Assembly (NCBI GenBank): GCA_963707985.1
Contig: CAVPRW010000045.1
Location: 224,001-288,000 of the forward strand
DNA: 64,000 nt
From: an uncultured Nitrospinota bacterium
GTDB taxonomy: Bacteria; Tectomicrobia; Entotheonellia; J063; CAVPRW01
Reading direction: 5' to 3'
The notes below the pieces were generated by a model, which worked only from the letters and a program-made list of their open reading frames with translations, searched no databases and was not told the DNA's origin. The position numbers and the translations under genes are program-made. Within the stretch, counting starts at the first letter, position 1; every line of letters starts with the position of its first letter. Below, piece by piece: positions 56,059 to 64,000 of this stretch.

Positions 56059-57708
56059 TCACATGCACCTGCCGCTTTGGCACCAAACCTGTTCGAATTT
56101 GCCGTAATTATACACTGTCGTACCCAAAAGTGGGGGCCAATTTCGCACCTGATTCCAGTAGCCCATAGACGATTTCCAGTAATAGCCGCGGTCGTCGGGA
56201 TGATCTTCGAGCAAGAGGCGCTCCATTTTCCGAGTAATTTCTGCCCGTTTCTCGACATCGAACACGCGACTCTGCTCGTCAAAGAGTTTGTCAAGTTCAG
56301 GATTGCAGTATTTCCCATGGTTAGACGGAGCATCACAGGTGAAACGCGCGTAGTATAAGTCGGGTTCATCCATATGGACCGACGCTGGCGCTGTGTATGC
56401 CTGGAAGTCGCTTTTGCGCTGCCGATCACTGTTAGCCGCGGTATCGAGGAGGGCAAGCTTGAGGTTGATGCCGACTTTTTTCAGATCATCTTGACGGGAT
56501 AATGCCCCCCGTTCATATAGAGGCCCCCGACGTAGCATCAATTCCACGTCCAGGCCTTTGGCGTATCCCGCCTCAGCGAGGAGGCGCTTGGCCTCAGCCT
56601 GGCGCTTCTGCATATCCGTTCCAAATTGCGGATACTTCTGCAATTCCTCCGCGGGCAAACCGTACGGTGTGTGCGGGCCGATAAAACCGCCTTGGACTCC
56701 CCAGCCCTCCACTGCAATCTCGATCATCTTCTCTCGATCGGTAGCCAATGCCACCGCTTGGCGCACGCGCACGTCGTTGAACGGTGGTTTGCTGACGTTC
56801 ATAACGAAGTTGTCCCACGTCGCTCGTGGGCCAATGGCGACCACTCCGTCAGGGAAATCGCGCTGCAGAATCTCGGCCTCTGGCCGTTCCAGATGGCGAC
56901 CGATGCCGGTCATGGTGAGCTGGCGAGCGCGGAAAGAAGCAAAGATCTTAGTTAAATCAGCCATGACGACAGCATGATAGCCATCGAGATATGGCAGTCC
57001 AGGCTTCCAATAATTAGGATTGCGTTCGGCTTGGAAATCCACCCCCGGAGTATAGGATTTGAACTTGAATGGACCCGTACCCACGAGAAATTTCGTGTCC
57101 TTGCGCTCAACGGTCTCGGCAATGCCCTGTTTCATCATCGCTGCATGTGCCCCCGACAGTAATGTCATCAGCGCTGCTGATGGGCGCTTGAGAGAGACAA
57201 CTAGCGTGAAGTCATCAGCGCATTTCGAAGAGTTGTACACGTCTTCAACAACGGTCACAAAGGTAGGATTGGTACGCTTCCGGTCCGCAAGTTTATCCAT
57301 ACTGTATTGTGCATCAGCGCAGGTAAATGCGCTGCCATCATGAAACATCACGCCCGTGTGCAGGAAAAATGTGATCTGCTTGCCGTCGTCTGTGATCTCC
57401 CAGCGTTCGGCTAGATCGCCGACGATCTTGCCATCATTGTAGGGGTCTTGGGTGACCAATCCGTTGTAGAGGGGAGCCACCGGCTGCGCCAGAATATAAG
57501 TCGTGTCGTAATGGATGTCGAAAGTCGGCATGCTCTCGTGTACAGCCCAAACAACAATGCCTCCCGTTTGAGGCTGCTCAGCGGCATGCAGAGCTGCAAA
57601 ACCGACAGGCATGAGTCCCAGCCCTATGATGAGCATACGTGATAAACTCAAGTGGCCGACCAGGTAGCGGCCTGGTTGGCAACGGTTATGGTATGAAATT
57701 TGGTGCAT
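56059..57708 (-). CDS. Family 5 ABC substrate-binding protein
   Basis: GDLAERWE, FHDG, VGTGPFKF, RNPNYW, PPFNDVRVRQA; start uncertain. Confidence 0.9.
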   Translation of the reverse strand: MHQISYHNRCQPGRYLVGHLSLSRMLIIGLGLMPVGFAALHAAEQPQTGGIVVWAVHESMPTFDIHYDTTYILAQPVAPLYNGLVTQDPYNDGKIVGDLAERWEITDDGKQITFFLHTGVMFHDGSAFTCADAQYSMDKLADRKRTNPTFVTVVEDVYNSSKCADDFTLVVSLKRPSAALMTLLSGAHAAMMKQGIAETVERKDTKFLVGTGPFKFKSYTPGVDFQAERNPNYWKPGLPYLDGYHAVVMADLTKIFASFRARQLTMTGIGRHLERPEAEILQRDFPDGVVAIGPRATWDNFVMNVSKPPFNDVRVRQAVALATDREKMIEIAVEGWGVQGGFIGPHTPYGLPAEELQKYPQFGTDMQKRQAEAKRLLAEAGYAKGLDVELMLRRGPLYERGALSRQDDLKKVGINLKLALLDTAANSDRQRKSDFQAYTAPASVHMDEPDLYYARFTCDAPSNHGKYCNPELDKLFDEQSRVFDVEKRAEITRKMERLLLEDHPDDRGYYWKSSMGYWNQVRNWPPLLGTTVYNYGKFEQVWCQSGRCM

Positions 57709-57754
57709 AGGGCAGTTCTTTTCAGGAATTTCTGTACACCCTCCCCAACAGAGC

Positions 57755-58216
57755 TTACAGAACGACCTCAAGCACGGTATGAAACGTTTCCTCGAATGAG
57801 CGCTCCTCGATATCTGCGCCCGCATGTTCGCCCTGAACGTTGACCATACGCATATCAGAGCCCAATGGCAAGAGCGTCATATGCCAGGTGCCCAAATCGA
57901 TATTGACGCCGACACTCCCATCATTAATGAAGACTTTCACCTGTGTCAGATCCTCCGGACTGTTCAGATCCACTGTGGGTGGAGCCACCACCACCAGACA
58001 GGCTTTGCCGCCTAGGGGGATAAGTGCCTGGGTGCTCTTGATATGCCGGTAGAGGTGAGTAATGCGAAAAGGCTGGCATTTCACGGTGATAGTGCCCATG
58101 CAGAACCGGTCGTTGACAATCTTCATCTGCACCGTATCCATCCCGATGACCTGACCAAATGGGCGGTACGTGTCGGCGCTGAGGGGCTCGGCTTTGATCT
58201 GCAGGACTTTCGACAT
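57755..58216 (-). CDS. Ureidoglycolate lyase (AllA)-like cupin
   Basis: PLSADTYRPFGQVI, RH..STQALIP, GVNIDLGTWH. Confidence 0.7.
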   Translation of the reverse strand: MSKVLQIKAEPLSADTYRPFGQVIGMDTVQMKIVNDRFCMGTITVKCQPFRITHLYRHIKSTQALIPLGGKACLVVVAPPTVDLNSPEDLTQVKVFINDGSVGVNIDLGTWHMTLLPLGSDMRMVNVQGEHAGADIEERSFEETFHTVLEVVL

Positions 58217-58300
58217 GGCGGCGGTCCTCTTGGCTACCTGGTGCAGTGGGTGTTCGCGAGCAGTGTCTACTGAACCGTGTATTTGACTGTGGCCTGTCAA

Positions 58301-59272
58301 CTAGCGGTCCCCCTCGCGGTAACCTACCACCACCACCACGCTGGTACCTGGTAAAGTCGTCCGTGTGAGGTGTAAGGTCTTCTCGCTCATGGTCCGCACT
58401 GGCACCGTCTCCTTGATGAATTGGATGAAGAGCTGCGCATGCTCCGGAAAATCATAGTGCATGGGGAGCACAATCGCAGGTCGAAGTTGCGTGATCGTCA
58501 GGGCGATCTGGTCGAATGACAGTGTCCACTGCCCGTCGATCGGGATCATCAGGACATCCGGGCGGCCGAGGCGTTGCTGTTGTGCTTCGTTCAATGGCTG
58601 CCTGAGGTTGCCCAAATGTACAATGCACAGGCCTTCCGTGCGAAACACGAAAATCGTGTTCTGCACTGGGATGTTGATGGCATTGCCACCCGAGCTGGGC
58701 AGGCCTTTGATAGCAAGATCTCCGATGACGACGTTGACTTCGATCCATACTCCATCGGCTGTCCGGCCCCGCAGAACTTGGGCGCTACCGGGAATTGACC
58801 GCGCTTGATTATGGGTGAAGTGTTCATTACTGATAGTAATGATAGCTGGCGCCGTGGGGGATGTGTGCTGGGGGTGCGGGTCCGTTAGTGCTGTGGTGCC
58901 CCCAGGCGTGGTGATCAGGAAGCTGGAGTGTCCAAGCCACTGAATCGTTACCACACGCGCGAGCATGTCCAGGTTGGTGGCTGCCACCGCCATGGCGCGC
59001 CGGTTCGACGCAGGCCTGTGCACGAAGCCAGGCTCGCATAAACTCTCTGCTGCCATGACGATGTCGGCGAGCTTGAGGAATGCGAGGATAATCAGGCCGG
59101 CTAAGGGGAGGGAAGAGGTCCCATGTGCACGAGCAAGGTCTCCTGGCCGAGGTACATCTTTTAACGACCGATACCTTGCTCCTCTCCTCTTATACGCAAC
59201 AGGACGACGAGTACATGCCCTCAGTTCTTCTAGCTTCGCGATGACTACTCCTTCTATAGCATCGTATGCCAT
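58301..59272 (-). CDS. Metallo-beta-lactamase-fold protein, probably exported; true start likely downstream of 59272
   Basis: IQWLGHSSFLI, TDP, HLG, PIDG, PMHY; hydrophobic signal-like stretch near 59060-59110. Confidence 0.75.
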   Translation of the reverse strand: MAYDAIEGVVIAKLEELRACTRRPVAYKRRGARYRSLKDVPRPGDLARAHGTSSLPLAGLIILAFLKLADIVMAAESLCEPGFVHRPASNRRAMAVAATNLDMLARVVTIQWLGHSSFLITTPGGTTALTDPHPQHTSPTAPAIITISNEHFTHNQARSIPGSAQVLRGRTADGVWIEVNVVIGDLAIKGLPSSGGNAINIPVQNTIFVFRTEGLCIVHLGNLRQPLNEAQQQRLGRPDVLMIPIDGQWTLSFDQIALTITQLRPAIVLPMHYDFPEHAQLFIQFIKETVPVRTMSEKTLHLTRTTLPGTSVVVVVGYREGDR

Positions 59273-59534
59273 CCCGTCACCACCACATGTTCCTCCTCAA
59301 TATCGAAGGTACAGGTAGGAGCGTCCCCTCGATTACCATTTATCTATGGGTGATAGCCTACCGCAGGCTGAACAAGCTTTGTAAGCTTATAATTAAGCCC
59401 AGATGATGTCAAGGCATCAACGATAGGTGCATACTCCGCAGCCGACCGGCGCATTCGCAACAACTCGTCATGCTCATCAGCGAGAATCTCGCCCCCCAGT
59501 ATCTCCCGTGCGCTCAGAGCTAATGGTGCTGCCG

Positions 59535-59873
59535 CTATGACTTGTCCGTTGCCGCTCGGTTGATCTGACGAATACGCGCGGCCTTCTCATTCCTCTCCTC
59601 GGTCAACTGGCGTTTTTCATCGATGAACTTGTCTCGAAGCTGTTCGAGCACCGGCGCAACCTCAGCCGGCGGGTAGTGCATCAACAGCTTTCGCATTTCG
59701 GTTTGGAGCATCACATCCTTTTCGGCGATTTTGGCGTCATACTCCCGTTCGACCTCGGCCAATTGCTCACGCTGGGCGTCGGAGAGGGCGAGGCCCTCAT
59801 CACGAATCGCTTTGCGAACGTGATCGGTGCGTTCGAGCGCTAACTCCAGAGCACTTTTCATACCTTCAGCCAT
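59535..59873 (-). CDS. Hypothetical coiled-coil protein
   Basis: AAGGAGG RBS; KSALELALER N-terminus; helical and charged; 15 bp downstream of the AAA-R3H gene. Confidence 0.75.
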   Translation of the reverse strand: MAEGMKSALELALERTDHVRKAIRDEGLALSDAQREQLAEVEREYDAKIAEKDVMLQTEMRKLLMHYPPAEVAPVLEQLRDKFIDEKRQLTEERNEKAARIRQINRAATDKS

Positions 59874-59888
59874 GATGAGAGCCTCCTT

Positions 59889-61454
59889 CTAGGGTCGAAA
59901 GATCCGGACGCGTCGCTGCGGCTCGGCTCCCCAGCTTTCCGAACGCAATCCGTACTTGGCGGCCAGGGCGTGCTGTATGCGCCGAATGTACCGCCGCTGC
60001 GGATACAGTTCGGCAGACTCATCGCCTGCCAGGACGCGATAGACACCCTCCTCAGCTTCTTGCACGGCTTTAAGCTCTTCGGAGGGACGTTGCTGTCGTG
60101 TCGGGAAGATATCGCGAAGTGTGCTCAAGATCTGAGCGTACGTATTGCTTTTTACCACATAGCAGGGGATGTTGGCGGTTAGTAATTCGTGCATGCGGCC
60201 TTCCTGACGGCGCGAGTGGGCCTTAAGGTATAGGATGGCATCGGCCTCACGAAAATCCCGTGTGAGGGTTGCCTCCACGCCTAATTCCTGGAGACCCCGT
60301 TCAATGCGACGGCGGTCGACACCGTATGGGTACAAGCGCATCTTCTGTGGCGAGGGAGCGGCAGTTTCCTGGGCGACGGCTGGCGGTTGAAGGTCCACAG
60401 GTGCTGCAGCCACCAATTCTGGAGTGTCCTGTGTTGGCCGAATGACCTCGATGGTGCCCTCGGGTGTCTGAATGCGGATCTCTGGTTTGGGTGCCATGCC
60501 GCGCAAGGTTTGGTCCACTGCCGCAGCGACCTCATGGTGCACGGCCAGCTTCTCGACTTCGAGGATTTCGATCACGACCTCGAAGGTGGGTGGTGCCTTG
60601 CGTTCCAGCACGGTCTTCTGCGTCCTACGGCGGCGGGCCTCTTCGTCGCTCAGAGTGACCGCCTGAATACCGCCGATGATATCCGACAGGGTGGGATTCA
60701 ACAGCAGGCGATCAAGTGTATTACCGTGGGCGGTTGCTACCAGTTGCACGCCACGCTCAGCGATCGTGCGGGCCGCGAAGGCATCCTCCTGGGTGCCGAT
60801 CTCATCGATCACGATCACCTCTGGCATGTGATTTTCCACTGCCTCGATCATCACCGCGTGCTGCAGCTCTGGGGCAGGCACTTGCATTCGACGCGCCCGA
60901 CCGATGCCTGGATGGGGAATATCTCCATCGCCCGCGATTTCATTGGATGTATCGACAACGATCACCCGCTTTCCAAACTCTTCGCTCAGAACACGTGCCA
61001 CCTCTCGACATTTGGTCGTTTTGCCTACGCCAGGCCGACCCAGCAGCAGAACGCTTTTGCCGCTTTCGATCACATCACGGATGATATCGATGGTACCATA
61101 CACTGCGCGCCCGACCCGGCAGGTCAGCCCGACGATAGCCCCACGACGATTCCGGATCGCCGAGATGCGGTGCAGCGTGCGCTCGATCCCCGCCCGATTA
61201 TCCTTGCCAAAGGCTCCCACCCGACGCGTGACGTATTCCAGATCCTCTGGTGTAGCCAAACGAGCGGGCATCACCTGGGACTTGCCGGGATAGCGTGCCT
61301 CAGGAGCACGGCCGAGATCGCAGATGATTTCAAGGAGATTCTCGATCTCATTATGGCGCTCTATCCACTCGCGGATATCCGGTGGGAGAATATCGAGCAA
61401 TAAATCGATATCGTCTGTCACCGATTTATGCTGGCTCGCATGGGGTGTGGTCAT
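59889..61454 (-). CDS. SpoIIIAA/Ycf45-like AAA ATPase with C-terminal R3H domain
   Basis: DNRAGIERTLHRIS, GRPGVGKT, VDTSNEIAGDGD, IDEIG, TAHG, RRIQH (R3H). Confidence 0.88.
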   Translation of the reverse strand: MTTPHASQHKSVTDDIDLLLDILPPDIREWIERHNEIENLLEIICDLGRAPEARYPGKSQVMPARLATPEDLEYVTRRVGAFGKDNRAGIERTLHRISAIRNRRGAIVGLTCRVGRAVYGTIDIIRDVIESGKSVLLLGRPGVGKTTKCREVARVLSEEFGKRVIVVDTSNEIAGDGDIPHPGIGRARRMQVPAPELQHAVMIEAVENHMPEVIVIDEIGTQEDAFAARTIAERGVQLVATAHGNTLDRLLLNPTLSDIIGGIQAVTLSDEEARRRRTQKTVLERKAPPTFEVVIEILEVEKLAVHHEVAAAVDQTLRGMAPKPEIRIQTPEGTIEVIRPTQDTPELVAAAPVDLQPPAVAQETAAPSPQKMRLYPYGVDRRRIERGLQELGVEATLTRDFREADAILYLKAHSRRQEGRMHELLTANIPCYVVKSNTYAQILSTLRDIFPTRQQRPSEELKAVQEAEEGVYRVLAGDESAELYPQRRYIRRIQHALAAKYGLRSESWGAEPQRRVRIFRP

Positions 61455-61789
61455 GAACCATCTCCAGGTCCAGCCGGGCCCCATTCGTCGACGTCGCGTT
61501 GGCTGGGCCGCGGGAAAAGCCCCTTGGAAACGGGGCAAGTTTTCCGTATACTAAAGCTCCCTTCACGGTTTCTGCTGCCCGTGCCAGCCAGACGTCACCG
61601 ATCGATTGCCCCAGCGCAGGGGCGGCATGTATCGGGGACGAGGCTGCCGCAGATGATGAGCCGCGCTGTGGAACGGCTAGGGAAGGGAATCGGCATCGTC
61701 GGACTCCCCCATGACTTTGACCAGTCGCGGCGCCATGTCACGACACCGCAACCGGTCAATCCCCTGCATCACGGGACCGGGCACCTCAT

Positions 61790-62497
61790 ATGCTCGATCG
61801 AGAAAAGCTGGTCGAGGCTTTCCAAATTCTCCGTACCAAGCTCCTCCGCCTGGCCATTCTTCTCGGGGTGTTGACCGCTCTAGGCTACTGGCAGGCCCCT
61901 TGGATCGCAACCCTTTTACAGCAGCCCAGTGAGGTGGCTTTGGTCTACTATGCCCCCGGGGAGGCCTTCCTGACTAATGTGAAGCTAGGATTTTACGCGG
62001 CTGTTTTCGTCCTCGCACCGGTCATCTTTTTCCTCGTCTGGGATGCCTTCGCGTTTTATGTTACCCCCTACAGCCGGCGTTATGCCGTGCCTGTTGTGGT
62101 CGCCGCCTCAGCTTTGTTCATCGGCGGAGCCTATCTCTGCTATGCCTTGGTCCTGCCCTTTGGCTTGACCTTCCTGATGGGTTTCGGTGGTGAGGTGGCC
62201 GAGCCGCAACTCTCAGTCGATCGGTATTTTTCTTTCGTGCTGATGATGTCCTTCGCCTTCGGCGTCTTCTTCGAGATGCCGCTGATCATGCTGCTCCTGG
62301 GCAAGGCAGGCATTGTCAACGCGCCCATGCTCAGCCGCTATAGGCGTTACGCCATCCTGGCCATCGTCACCGCCGCGGCCATTATTACCCCAACTACCGA
62401 TGCATACACACTTGCCCTCCTAGCGGGCCCACTGATGATTCTGTATGAAGTCAGCATTGCCCTCGTGCGCTGGTTCGGCAAAGGCGCACAATCATAG
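61790..62497 (+). CDS. tatC: Twin-arginine translocase subunit TatC
   Basis: PGEAF..VK, FGVFFEMP, RRYAI, AAIITP..D, LYEVSI. Confidence 0.9.
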   Translation: MLDREKLVEAFQILRTKLLRLAILLGVLTALGYWQAPWIATLLQQPSEVALVYYAPGEAFLTNVKLGFYAAVFVLAPVIFFLVWDAFAFYVTPYSRRYAVPVVVAASALFIGGAYLCYALVLPFGLTFLMGFGGEVAEPQLSVDRYFSFVLMMSFAFGVFFEMPLIMLLLGKAGIVNAPMLSRYRRYAILAIVTAAAIITPTTDAYTLALLAGPLMILYEVSIALVRWFGKGAQS

Positions 62498-62532
62498 ATT
62501 GCCGCCTTCGTCGTCGAAGACGCCTGATGAGG

Positions 62533-64000
62533 CTATATGAACAATGGTGCCATGACCAGGGTAATGGTACTGAGTAATTTGATCAAGACATGTAGCGAGG
62601 GCCCAGCGGTGTCCTTGAAGGGATCACCGACGGTGTCACCCACCACGGCGGCTTTATGTGTCTCCGAACCCTTGCCCCCATAGACGCCGCTTTCGATGTA
62701 TTTCTTGGCATTGTCCCATGCCCCTCCACTGTTATTCATCAGCGTGGCCATCAGAATGCCGGTTATGGTGCCCACCATGAGCAGGGCTGCCACTGCCTCC
62801 GCTCGTAGGAGCAGGCCAACCGCGACCGGCATGCCTACCGCGAGCAGCCCAGGCATGACCATTTCACGCAATGCCCCGGCCGTCACGATATCGACACAAC
62901 GCGCATAATCGGGTTTCATCTCTCCGCGCATGATTCCGGCGTTTTCTCGGAACTGGCGCCGCACCTCATTGATCACATAATATGCTGCGCGCCCAACCGC
63001 TCGAATTGCCAGGGCACTGAACAGAAACACCAGCATCGCCCCTAAGAGGCCACCGATGAACACCTGTATCTTGGCCAGGTTCACAACGGCGAAGACGTGC
63101 CCTGTCAGGGTGCTCACTTCGTCCATATACGCGGAGAACAGCAAAAAGGCCGCCAGGGCTGCGCTGCCGATGGCGTACCCCTTGGTCAACGCCTTGGTGG
63201 TGTTGCCGACGGCATCCAGCCGATCGGTTTTCTTGCGCACCTCCTCATCCGACTGGGACATTTCGATGATGCCACCAGCGTTGTCGGTGATGGGGCCAAA
63301 CGTATCCATGGCCAGAATATAGCCACAGGTGGCCAACATGCCCATGGTCGCCAGCGCCGTGCCGTAGAGCCCACCAACGGGATGTCCTTGCACATCCGTT
63401 ACCCCACTCCAAATGCCACAATAGTAGGAAAACACCAGCGCCACGGAGATCAGCAATGTGGGCAACGCAGTGCATTCGAGCCCCACGGCGAAGCCGGTGA
63501 TAATCGTGGTGGCCGGACCAGTCTGCGAGGATTCGGCAATAGAGCGCACCGGACGGTAGCGATAGTCCGTATAGTATTGGGTGATGTACACAAAGAGCAG
63601 GCTGGTGATGATGCCGGTCAGCCCTGCCAGGAAGAACCAAAACCAGTAGTTCCCCAACATCTGCCAGGTGGCCAACAAGAACCCAACGGTGGCTAAACCG
63701 GTGGCAACATAGTAACCGCGGTTCAGCGATGCCATAGGATCTTCATCCTCCGCCCCGCGTACCGTCATGATGCCGATAATGCTGGCGATCAAACCCAGGG
63801 CGCGCGCCACCAGCGGCAACATGATCCCCTGAATGCCAAATGTGGGAAATAACGCCACTCCGAGGATCATGGCACCAATGTTCTCAGCCGCGGTGGATTC
63901 AAACAGATCGGCGCCGCGCCCGGCGCAATCACCGACGTTGTCGCCCACCAGATCGGCGATCACCGCCGGATTGCGGGGATCGTCTTCAGGGATGCCAGCT
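62533..64000 (-). CDS. hppA: Membrane-integral pyrophosphatase, K+-independent H+-translocating type (5' end beyond window)
   Basis: [53 protein letters not shown]. Confidence 0.92.
   Translation of the reverse strand, partial: AGIPEDDPRNPAVIADLVGDNVGDCAGRGADLFESTAAENIGAMILGVALFPTFGIQGIMLPLVARALGLIASIIGIMTVRGAEDEDPMASLNRGYYVATGLATVGFLLATWQMLGNYWFWFFLAGLTGIITSLLFVYITQYYTDYRYRPVRSIAESSQTGPATTIITGFAVGLECTALPTLLISVALVFSYYCGIWSGVTDVQGHPVGGLYGTALATMGMLATCGYILAMDTFGPITDNAGGIIEMSQSDEEVRKKTDRLDAVGNTTKALTKGYAIGSAALAAFLLFSAYMDEVSTLTGHVFAVVNLAKIQVFIGGLLGAMLVFLFSALAIRAVGRAAYYVINEVRRQFRENAGIMRGEMKPDYARCVDIVTAGALREMVMPGLLAVGMPVAVGLLLRAEAVAALLMVGTITGILMATLMNNSGGAWDNAKKYIESGVYGGKGSETHKAAVVGDTVGDPFKDTAGPSLHVLIKLLSTITLVMAPLFI

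Noticed and set aside
60387..61403. Long antisense ORFs (338 aa here; also 32681-33586, 1879-2586, 49637-50359)
   Set aside because: They are shadows of well-supported genes or relics on the opposite strand, as expected in GC-rich DNA.
61630..61700. RLPQ...LGKGI peptide upstream of tatC as a tatA/tatB relic
   Set aside because: Spacing is wrong and there is no preceding transmembrane helix or start signal.

Overview
Chromosomal window of a diderm (Gram-negative-type) bacterium of moderately high GC. PpiD, a TPR/LolB-like/ispE cluster and mreCD-mrdA-rodA point away from Actinobacteria; the exact lineage cannot be fixed from sequence alone. 0-10 kb: an M16 peptidase, then a complete Pup-proteasome operon (arc/mpa, dop, pup ending GGE, prcB, prcA, pafA) and an alpha/beta hydrolase. 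10-33 kb: housekeeping genes for cell shape, RNase G, DciA, ispE-tRNA-Gln-prs-rplY-pth, a K+-dependent membrane pyrophosphatase, rpsF-ssb-rpsR-rplI-dnaB and tgt. 33.5-39 kb holds the most interesting feature: a second, divergent, intact Dop-family gene that is translationally coupled to tgt and sits directly upstream of glnE. This suggests a link between pupylation and nitrogen control. 39-64 kb is more accessory: nth, a dual-specificity phosphatase, a ThDP enzyme, SDRs (one a cryptic pseudogene with a perfect 20-bp palindrome), larB with a degenerate larC, a sigma54 activator, a decayed transposase, transport proteins, an AAA-R3H protein, tatC and a second, K+-independent membrane PPase. Single-base frameshifts cluster at 2.6-5.1 kb and 35.6-41 kb and are most simply explained as assembly errors. 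All calls come from motif recognition, not database searches.
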